Positions 24,904-32,000 of a stretch of 32,000 nucleotides of DNA are shown here, piece after piece; within the stretch, counting starts at the first letter, position 1; every line of letters starts with the position of its first letter. The translations under genes and the position numbers were made by a program. Under the pieces are notes generated by a model. That model saw only the letters and a program-made list of their open reading frames with translations. It made no database searches and was not told the origin of the DNA. The stretch is from an uncultured Bacilli bacterium (GTDB taxonomy: Bacteria > Bacillota_I > Bacilli_A > RF39 > UBA660): contig CAJUGE010000062.1 in the NCBI GenBank assembly GCA_910586295.1, positions 1 through 32,000 on the forward strand, given 5' to 3'.

Positions 24904-26553
24904 TTATCTTACTATTGCTTTCTTTCCGTGGAATACTATAACTATCTCTTTTATGTTTGTTACTTTATCAAGTATTAATTCTTTATAGTATTCTTTCTCT
25001 TTCATTTGTGTTATGCCTTCTTGGGCTTTATTTTCCATATTATCTTCATCAGATACTTTTAATTCTATTATTATTCCTAGGGTTCTGTCCGTTTTCTCTA
25101 TCATTAAGTCAAATCTTCCTAGTCCTGCTTCTCTGTTTGATTTTACTATATAATTTTTATTTAGAAATCCTCCAAATAATCCTATCATATATATGTGATA
25201 AAATGCTTCTACTTCATCATAATAACTTGTTGTGTTTAATGACATATTTATGAATTTTTCCATGTATTCTTTATTTTCGTTTACTATTGATTTTAAGAAT
25301 TCTTCATATTCTGGGGTTCTCATTATATCTGTTTTAAAGGATATATCTTGTACTATGCTTAATATTTCTTTCTTTACTTCGTTATTTGGGATTTTAAAGA
25401 AGTCTATGTTTTCTTCACTTATTTCACTTATTATACTTTTATCATATGTTAAGTATCCACTAAATAATAGTAAGTTTAGTATACTATTAAAGTCATTATA
25501 TGTATCTATATTTTCGTAGTTTAAGCCTTCTCTATATGTGAATGTTATGCTTTCGTTTTTAAGAAGTGTTTCTAGTTTTATCATTTCATCTTCGTTAAGG
25601 TTTATTAGTAAGTCTTTTAATAGTTTATTACTTCCTGTGTTTATCCAGTATGGTTTTAGTACTCCACTTTCTGCATAGTTTAGTATACTCCAAGGGTTAT
25701 ATATCTTCGTACTATCTATGTTATAGCCATCATACATTTCACTTACTTTATCTGTTAGTTCTAGACCATAGTATTCTAATAATTCTTTTGTCTCATTTTT
25801 TGTGAAGCCAAAGTATTCTCCATATCCTTTACTCATTACATCATATATTTTAGGATTATTGAATGTGCTAAATAGACTTTCTTTTGCTACTCTAAGTACT
25901 CCTGTTAGTACTCCCATTTTTAATGAGTCATTTCCTTTTAGACTACTAGATAGTATTGGTCTAAATAGTTCCATTACTTCTTCATAATATCCATTTGCAT
26001 GTCCTTCATTAATTGGAGTGTCATATTCGTCTATCAATACTACTACTTTTTCTTTGTAGTAGTTCTCTAGCATTTTCGTTAGAAAGGTTATTGAATTTTG
26101 CAGTTCTTCAATGGAACATTCTCCACTTTCTATTAAATTATAGTTTTTTAAATCATTGGCATTTGCTATAGATTTCTTTATGTATGACTTTTCACGATAA
26201 ACAGTACTTATAATAATTTTCAACTTATTATAAATGGTTTCATATGAACTTCCTTTTAATTCTTTGAAATCTAGTCTTATTAGTGGGTATTTTCCAAAAT
26301 AACCAAAGTATTCACTTTTACTTATATATAAGCCATCAAATAAGTTTTTGTTACTTTCTTTGGTTTCTATGTTAAAAAAGCAATCTAGTGTTGATAATAA
26401 TAGGCTTTTTCCAAAACGTCTTGGGCGTGTGTATAGTGTTACACTAGCACCTGTTTTTATCAAATCTTCTATAACCATCGTCTTATCTACATAATAATAA
26501 TTTCCTTCTATTACTTTTTTAAAATTATCTACACTTATTGGTATCGATTTCAT
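24904..26553 (-). CDS. AAA-ATPase-like plus PD-(D/E)xK nuclease-like domain protein (549 aa), copy 2
   Basis: ORF track. Same motifs as copy 1 (RPRRFGKSLLLS, VVVLIDEYDTP, FDLMIE...IIIELK). It lies 17 nt upstream of copy 1. Confidence 0.8.
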   Translation of the reverse strand: MKSIPISVDNFKKVIEGNYYYVDKTMVIEDLIKTGASVTLYTRPRRFGKSLLLSTLDCFFNIETKESNKNLFDGLYISKSEYFGYFGKYPLIRLDFKELKGSSYETIYNKLKIIISTVYREKSYIKKSIANANDLKNYNLIESGECSIEELQNSITFLTKMLENYYKEKVVVLIDEYDTPINEGHANGYYEEVMELFRPILSSSLKGNDSLKMGVLTGVLRVAKESLFSTFNNPKIYDVMSKGYGEYFGFTKNETKELLEYYGLELTDKVSEMYDGYNIDSTKIYNPWSILNYAESGVLKPYWINTGSNKLLKDLLINLNEDEMIKLETLLKNESITFTYREGLNYENIDTYNDFNSILNLLLFSGYLTYDKSIISEISEENIDFFKIPNNEVKKEILSIVQDISFKTDIMRTPEYEEFLKSIVNENKEYMEKFINMSLNTTSYYDEVEAFYHIYMIGLFGGFLNKNYIVKSNREAGLGRFDLMIEKTDRTLGIIIELKVSDEDNMENKAQEGITQMKEKEYYKELILDKVTNIKEIVIVFHGKKAIVR

Positions 26554-26617
26554 TTATAACACCTTCCTTGTTACTTTTATTATACTTCATGACTTTGTTT
26601 TAGTAAAGAAAAAGAGA

Positions 26618-26881
26618 CTATTTAGCCTCGATTATTAGTTTAATAGCTGTTCTTTCTTCACCTTCAATTGTGATGTCACTGAAGGCAGGTATGCAAACTA
26701 GGTTCTTTCCAGTAGGAGCTACATATCCACGTGCGATTGCGACTGATTTTATTGCTTGATTTAATGCTCCTGCACCTATTGCTTGCATTTCTACCGAATC
26801 ACTTGATTCACGAAATAAATTTGCTATTGCACCTGCAACTTTTTGTGGTGCACTTTTACTTGATACTTTTATTATATCCAT
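26618..26881 (-). CDS. spoVS: Stage V sporulation protein S
   Basis: The track ORF starts at 26956, but a GGAGGG RBS precedes ATG 26881. MDIIKVSSKSAPQKVAGAIA...MQAIGAGALNQAIKSVAIARGYVAP...CIPAFSDITIEGEERTAIKLII is nearly collinear with Bacillus SpoVS (86 aa). Confidence 0.85.
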   Translation of the reverse strand: MDIIKVSSKSAPQKVAGAIANLFRESSDSVEMQAIGAGALNQAIKSVAIARGYVAPTGKNLVCIPAFSDITIEGEERTAIKLIIEAK

Positions 26882-26976
26882 TTTTAAAACCCTCCTCAGT
26901 TTAATTATACTCTTTAAGGGTGTCTTTATTACAATGATTTTAGTAATTTTAAACATTCTATGTTTCTATTTATTTT

Positions 26977-28186
26977 TTATTCAATTTTACCTTTTAAAGC
27001 AAGAAGTTCACTTAATATTAGAAGTTCTATTTGTAGATTTTTATCTTCTAGAATTATTCTTTCTTGTACTTTTATTTCATTTTCATCTTGTTTTAAAGAT
27101 TTTACAAGCATATCTGGCTCGTTTAAGTAGTTAAGACATTCGTCTTCTTCTGTTTCAATTTTAGATTTCCATCATTAATTAAGCTATTTATTTAAATTAT
27201 AGTTTCTAAAAGAATATTATCTTTTGCTTCAACATTGCTGTTTTGTTCTAAAACGTTTAGGCATTTATCTATTTACTCTTTTACTTTATTCAATGATGGT
27301 ACTGTTTTGATTGTTATAATTTTAGCCATAAAAGGTAATAATTCTCTTCTTAAGTCTAGCTCGATTGTATCTAATTTTATTGTCTTATCGCCTAATAATA
27401 TGTTAAAGTATTTTTGTATTATATTTGAAAGTTCTTTTAGAGACCATTCTTTATCATTTTTGCTAAATTCATTTATTATATTTAATAATGCCTTGATGTC
27501 TTTGCCTAATTCTGTTTGATTTTTTCCTTTTAACGTTTCTTCTATTTCTTTTCTTCTTGATACTTCTAAGTAAAGATTAGATATTTCAGTCTCAAATTTT
27601 GTGTCTATGTCTTCTAAAACAAGTAATGGGGTATTATCAATGGATGACGGTGATATGTTTGAAATTTTTGTTTTGTATTAGATAGTATTATTTCAAGAAT
27701 TCCTAAATATCTTTTTTCAGAAGTGAAGGAGTTAAATATTATAAATTTTATTTTGTCTTCCACACTAATGATTTCATTTGGAACTGTAGGTTTAATATCA
27801 TTTTTTAACCATGTTTCATAATCATCTATTTTCATTAATAAGTCATTATATTTGTTTTGATATGTGCTTCTATATAGGCTTTCTAGTTTTATTATAAAGC
27901 CTTCTCTTATCATTGAAGGAGAGACTGGTGTTAATTCAAGTGTTTCATCTAAATTAAAGTTATTTTTTGTATCTTCTAATTTTTGTCTGTATTCTCTGGT
28001 TAAAATATATATTTTATTTTCAATATCTTCTTTTTGGTTTTCGCTCCAAGATTTTGTGATATGTCTTATTTTGTTTAATAGTTCAAGTGCTTCTTCGTCT
28101 TTTACTTCTTCTATTTTTTGTTCTTCTTGCTTTGATTCAGGTAACATTAAAACATTTTCTTCTAATGGTTGTAACTTTTTTACCAT
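26977..28186 (-). pseudogene. Fragmented coiled-coil protein gene (about 400 codons broken into at least 4 pieces)
   Basis: The 190-aa track ORF (27614..28186) stops at TAG. A second frame, open from about 27675 to the stop at 27273..27275, continues with plausible protein (ISNISPSSIDNTPLLVLEDIDTKFETEISNLYLEVSRRKEIEETLKG...) but lacks any start codon. Two more open fragments follow, down to the TAA at 26977. The frame switch lies at an A-rich tract (27662..27677). Confidence 0.5.
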
Positions 28187-29023
28187 ATAATCTTTTTAAT
28201 GAAGCTAATTCAAACAGATTTAATGGTTCACCTACTATTTTAATTTTCTGTAACAAAATTATAGAATGTGTTCTTCGTAAATCTAAAAGTAAATTATATG
28301 CGTTTCCAGTATTGACTATAGTGATTTCTTGTAAGTTAACTTCAAAACAATTTACACCTATCTTTTCTAAACTATCATATATTGTTAAGAACTTTGTTGT
28401 GCTAAGCGGAATGCTTCTGCCGACACTATTCTAACGGTTTTAGGAATAGTTAAATTCGTTATAGTTTCTATAAAAGCTCGGCATCCTATTACTTCAACAG
28501 TAGGAGGTATATTAAAGCCTTTTAATCCACTTAGTCCCTCTATTTTTTTACCATCTTCTAATTCTGTGTAATTCTCATTTATAATATTACATTCTGGAAA
28601 CAATTCTTTTATTCTTAATTTTTCTTTCTCAGAGATTTTAGTTTCAGTTACTCTTATTTCTTTTAAGTTTTTCATCGCGGAGTAAAAGCTGTATTGTAAT
28701 TTTTCTAATACATATACTGCATTTCCATAGGAGTTTTTTATTTCTATATATTCAAATGTCTGGAAAAAAGCATTGATTCTTATTATCTCGATACTATCAT
28801 GTATTTTTACTACATTAACATTACATAGGTTACCTTTATAAAAAGCTTCTTCTTCTATACAAAGTAAACTTTTAGGTAAGACGATTCCTTCTAATTGCAC
28901 TTTACTTTCAAATTATTTACTTATTCTTTCTATACCTTCTGGCACTACCATAAATTGTGATGAACCAGTATAAGCAATCAATGTTTTTCCTTTTACTTTA
29001 AAATCACTTCCATATTTATTCAT
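28137..29023 (-). pseudogene. BspA-type leucine-rich-repeat (LRR_5-like) protein gene, disrupted by one in-frame stop and one frameshift
   Basis: ATG 29023 (GGGGG RBS) gives MNKYGSDFKVKGKTLIAYTGSSQFMVVPEGIERISK, then TAA at 28913..28915, and the same frame continues as the track ORF 28385..28900 (IPPTVEVIGCRAF...IPKTVRIVSAEAF). After about 28400 the repeat pattern continues in another frame (TTKFLTIYDSLEKIGVNCFEVNLQEITIV...) to the TGA at 28137..28139. Confidence 0.6.
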
Positions 29024-29092
29024 AATTACCCCCATTAATTAGAAGTTATTGTACCACAAGAAATACATAAAGTTAGATAAAAAGAAGTCCAA

Positions 29093-30217
29093 TTATTTTG
29101 AACTTATCTTCTTAGGTCTTCCTGGTTTCTTAGTTGTTTCTTTCGCAACTTTTTTTGTAGTAGTTTTCTTATTTGTTACTTTTGAAGTAGGCTTTTTTGA
29201 AGAAGTTTCTTTCTTTTCCTTTGAAAGTGTTTTTGAAGCTTTTGTTTCTGTTTTTGAAGTAGTATTTTTAGTTACTTTTACTTCTTTTTTAACTTTAGGT
29301 TGTGCTTTTTTCTTTTCAACTATTTTTATTTCTGATTTTTTGCTTTCTTTCATAGCAGCTTCTTTTTTTGGACGACCTGCTTTTTTTGTTTCTGTTTTTT
29401 CTTTAGTTTGCATCGAATCTTTTACCGTTTTCGTATTTTTCTTTTCTTTCTTTGTTTCAACTGCTTTTTTCTCTTCTTTTTTGATTCCTACTTTTTTACT
29501 TTCTTTATTGTTTGTACTTTCAATAACTTTTGTTTCTTCTTTTTTGGACTTTCCAGTTACTTTCTTTTTTGGTGTTTCTTTTATTGTAGCAGTTACTACT
29601 ACTTCTTCTTTGATCTCTTCTAATTCTTTTGTTTCCTCATCTATTAATTTCGAAACTATTTTATTAAATGCACGGTCTGTTACAAATAATTCTATCGCGC
29701 TTTCTATAGTCATTAAAACACCAGTAGATATGAAATAATAACCCATCATCATAGTCTGTACAGTTGTTTCGTTAAATAAGTTTATAGTTGTAAGTATTCC
29801 AACAAATGCTAGTAAAAATGTCATAATGAATTTTACTGTCCAAACAAAATTATCTTGATTTTTTAACATAAGAACTTTGTATCCACGGTTCGCAACCATA
29901 AGTATAGTATAAACTGTCATAGCAGAACCTAGTATCATAGGTAGATTATCGTTTTGAAATACAAACATGTAAGTTGCAACAATTATATTTATTAGCGATA
30001 ATAATAATAGTTCATAATCTCCTTCTCTTCTTTTTATAAAGTATGCAATTATACTAAAGAAGGCAAATATGTAGAATAAAATAGATACATATAGAATTAT
30101 GTCTGTTAATCCAAAAGCCTTAAATATCATAATTATTATTCCCATTATTAGTACAATTACAGATAGTATTAAATTTGCAATTAAATGTAAATCAATACTT
30201 TTTAAATTCTTTTTCAC
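29093..30217 (-). CDS. Membrane protein (DUF308/HdeD-like N-terminal half) with a long Lys-rich C-terminal tail carrying two GRPKK AT-hook-like cores
   Basis: ORF track (GTG start with a GAGGTGG RBS). About 6 TM helices in residues 1-185. The rest is K/E/T-rich low complexity containing KKAGRPKKE and KKPGRPKKI. Confidence 0.65.
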   Translation of the reverse strand: MKKNLKSIDLHLIANLILSVIVLIMGIIIMIFKAFGLTDIILYVSILFYIFAFFSIIAYFIKRREGDYELLLLSLINIIVATYMFVFQNDNLPMILGSAMTVYTILMVANRGYKVLMLKNQDNFVWTVKFIMTFLLAFVGILTTINLFNETTVQTMMMGYYFISTGVLMTIESAIELFVTDRAFNKIVSKLIDEETKELEEIKEEVVVTATIKETPKKKVTGKSKKEETKVIESTNNKESKKVGIKKEEKKAVETKKEKKNTKTVKDSMQTKEKTETKKAGRPKKEAAMKESKKSEIKIVEKKKAQPKVKKEVKVTKNTTSKTETKASKTLSKEKKETSSKKPTSKVTNKKTTTKKVAKETTKKPGRPKKISSK

Positions 30218-30243
30218 TTTTAGCCACCTCTATCCTAAGATTA

Positions 30244-30272
30244 ATTTTACAAAATTTTCTATAGCTTGTCAA
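30244..30272 (-). promoter_or_regulatory. Sigma-A type promoter of the 29093..30217 gene
   Basis: Reverse strand: TTGACA (30272..30267), a 17-nt spacer, then TAAAAT (30249..30244). Confidence 0.55.
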
Positions 30273-30390
30273 TTATAACTGTTCGCCTTTTGATTTTTTT
30301 CGACATTTTTTATAATCTTTAAGTTTAGGAGATTTTTCCTTTTTGATTTTATTAATTTTTAGGAATTATTTTCTTTGTACATTTATATAA

Positions 30391-31289
30391 TTAATATGTA
30401 ATTTTGATGTAGTACATGTTATAATAGAGAACATTATTTTTAAAGAGTTAAGTAATAAGATTAAAAGAGATTTAGTTATTTTAAGTTTTAGTAATTTACA
30501 AATTGACAGAAATTTCAATTTTAATATACTTAAAGTGTTAATTGATAAAGCATGCAAAACTAATCCACACATTATTTGTTTTGTTGGAGACTTGGTAGAA
30601 GACGCTAATGTTTTTAATGATAGACATATAAAGGGAATAATTTTTGATTTTTTTAGAGCATTAACTTCAGTTGCACCTGTATATGTTGTAAGAGGTGATC
30701 ATGATTTATTAACTATGGAAGACAAAAAATGTAAAAGTTTAAACAATGATGCTTTTTTAAAAATCTTAATAATATTAGCAATCTACATGTGCTTTTTAAT
30801 GAATCAAAAGAAACTAGTTTTCCTAATGTTAGTGTCTCTGGCCAAGATATAGGAAGGAACACTTATCAATATTATTATTTCCATAAAGAATCTTTGGAAT
30901 CATATTTTTATTATGTTTCTCCTTATATAGTAAATATGGAAAGAAATTTAAGTATGGATGATTTTAATATTTTGTGTATTCACTCGCCTACCCACTCTTT
31001 TGATAGAGAGTTTTCTAATTTTTCTCTTGTTATTTCTGGACATATGCATAATGGTGGCTTGCCAAATTTTTTTAATTCAATCTTGCCTAGTAATTTTGGA
31101 ATAATTTACCCTAGTACAAATCTTAAGCTTTTTCCAAGGTACTCTAGAGGATTAGTAAAGCTGGACATAGAAGCACACGGTGTTATTTGTCCACCAATAA
31201 ATATGTCAGCCAAATTTTCTGGAAATTGTTTAGTCAAGAAATTTTATAAACCTGGAGTTAGTTATATAAATGTTAAAAGTCAAAAATAA
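30391..31289 (+). pseudogene. Calcineurin-like metallophosphoesterase gene, apparently inactivated (no start codon, degenerate first metal motif, one frameshift)
   Basis: The frame is open from 30391 with no ATG/GTG/TTG before GTG 30535. The first motif reads FSNLQ where DxH is expected. GDLV, RGDHD, IHSP and SGHMHNG motifs are present. The reading frame changes at the T6A5 run 30753..30765, joining track ORFs 30535..30852 and 30789..31289. Confidence 0.55.
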
Positions 31290-31313
31290 AAGCGGATTAC
31301 TCCACTTTATTTT

Positions 31314-32000
31314 TTATTTCATTCTTTGACTAATCATTTGTTTTTTTGATAATACCCATTCATGGTTACTACTTATTACAGTTGAATTACAGTAAGGGCA
31401 AATTGATGTTGTGACATTATCAAGTGGTGCATTGCAGTTTGGACATTTGTTATCTTTTTCTTCAAGACCTTTTGTAAATGTCATTTCATAGTTGTATACT
31501 ACTTTTCTTAATTTGTTTCCTCGTATTACTTCTTCATTTTTATTTACTACATAGTCTAAGCAACTTACAGTCATTCTAACTTTTATTGAGATATTATTAT
31601 TTCCTTTTTCCATATCTATAATATTAAAGCTTTCTAAATTGAAATCAGACATAATATTTTTTTGTTTCTTTATTTTTAGTGCATTCAACTCTGATTTATA
31701 AAGATTATATAGTTCATTGGTTGTGTATTTCTTTAATTCGTCATGGTCAAAGTTCATCCAAGAATTTTGTATGTTTTTATAAATTTCATATGTCTTCTGT
31801 CTAAATTCTTGAACGTTAAAGTTTGGTAATATCTCTTTTATCTTATTAATATCAAATCCAGATATATTGTTCGTGTTACTTAATATATTCGTTTTGGTTT
31901 TAGATTTAGAAGCTTGAGAAAGTATTAATACTGTTATTCCTATTCCCATTATTATAAATATTCCTAGTGCGATTAAGGCGGCTCCTACATCTTCGCTCGA
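31314..32000 (-). CDS. Tim44-like domain protein with a C-terminal zinc ribbon; 5' end runs off the right edge
   Basis: The track ORF is 31314..31949, but the frame stays open to base 32000 (SSEDVGAALIALGIFIIMGIG...), giving an N-terminal TM helix. The middle (FRQKTYEIYKNIQNSWMNFDHDELKKYTTNELY) fits the bacterial Tim44-like domain. The C-terminus has CPNC...CPYC. Confidence 0.6.
   Translation of the reverse strand, partial: SSEDVGAALIALGIFIIMGIGITVLILSQASKSKTKTNILSNTNNISGFDINKIKEILPNFNVQEFRQKTYEIYKNIQNSWMNFDHDELKKYTTNELYNLYKSELNALKIKKQKNIMSDFNLESFNIIDMEKGNNNISIKVRMTVSCLDYVVNKNEEVIRGNKLRKVVYNYEMTFTKGLEEKDNKCPNCNAPLDNVTTSICPYCNSTVISSNHEWVLSKKQMISQRMK

Larger units (their letters stand above)
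23237..26553. repeat. Tandem direct duplication, period 1667 bp, with mosaic identity
   Basis: Start-to-start and stop-to-stop offsets are both 1667 bp. Long blocks are nearly identical at the DNA level (for example 24135..24320 vs 25802..25987 differ at 2 positions). Two patches are strongly diverged. Confidence 0.9.

Noticed and set aside
23237-26553. The large repeat, considered as a CRISPR-like or DGR-diversified array
   Set aside because: It consists of two full-length protein-coding paralogs with a 1667-bp period. Differences between the copies involve all four bases and indel-free block replacements, not adenine-specific substitutions or short repeat-spacer units.
62-30572. Many plus-strand track ORFs of 60-230 aa lie antisense to long minus-strand genes. 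Examples: 62..286, 1161..1532, 1968..2177, 4089..4328, 8285..8563, 14141..14380, 16436..16756, 23290..23484, 25232..25519, 27864..28190, 28087..28434, 29049..29738 and 29408..29623. The minus-strand ORF 30366..30572 is a similar case.
   Set aside because: They are shadow ORFs of AT-rich coding sequence. Their composition is extremely Phe/Leu/Ile/Ser-rich, they lack RBSs, and they are fully embedded in well-supported genes on the other strand. For example, 29049..29738 is simply the complement of the Lys-rich tail, where AAA/AAG reads as TTT/CTT.
1-32000. Search by eye for tRNA, rRNA, riboswitch-like leaders and CRISPR repeats in all intergenic regions longer than 100 bp (397..585, 11351..11482, 12173..12507, 17495..17663, 18673..19037, 21813..22330, 23057..23236, 30218..30390)
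   Set aside because: I recognised no cloverleaf-compatible sequence, no rRNA-like conserved blocks and no short regularly spaced repeats. The leaders contain only the promoters and hairpins listed. This is a visual screen, so tRNAscan-SE, Infernal and a CRISPR finder should confirm it.

Overview
This is an AT-rich chromosomal segment. Its gene content looks like a low-GC Firmicute or Clostridia-type organism: spoVS, a sigH-like sigma factor directly after rlmB, ecfA-ecfA-ecfT-truA, lgt, trxB and uvrA. Almost all genes are on the minus strand. I saw no rRNA, tRNA or CRISPR array.

Accessory or unusual content sits between the housekeeping genes:
1. A compact reverse-transcriptase cassette at 5049..7038. 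It encodes an Avd-like four-helix-bundle protein, a DGR-type RT (IGNMTSQ and YMDD motifs) and a small MutS-domain-I-like protein. I could not find a template/variable repeat pair for it in this window. A PP-loop ATPase gene is transcribed divergently from it. This is my top candidate for an unusual system.
2. An ECF transporter module in which both ATPase subunits have degenerate Walker A, signature, Q-loop and H-loop motifs.
3. A DUF4143-type AAA ATPase gene bracketed by about 200-bp direct repeats that duplicate the 3' end and terminator of uvrA.
4. An HhH/Fe-S glycosylase-like gene fused into an operon with uvrA.
5. A secreted protein with atypical composition, followed by an ABC transporter operon.
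6. An IS remnant bounded by about 40-bp inverted repeats.
7. Two tandem AAA-ATPase/PD-(D/E)xK paralogs of 549 codons each (period 1667 bp) with mosaic identity.
8. A tract of decayed genes: a BspA-type LRR gene, a coiled-coil gene and a metallophosphoesterase gene.
9. A membrane protein with a Lys-rich tail carrying two GRPKK AT-hook-like cores.

All functional calls come from motif recognition by eye. No database search was possible.
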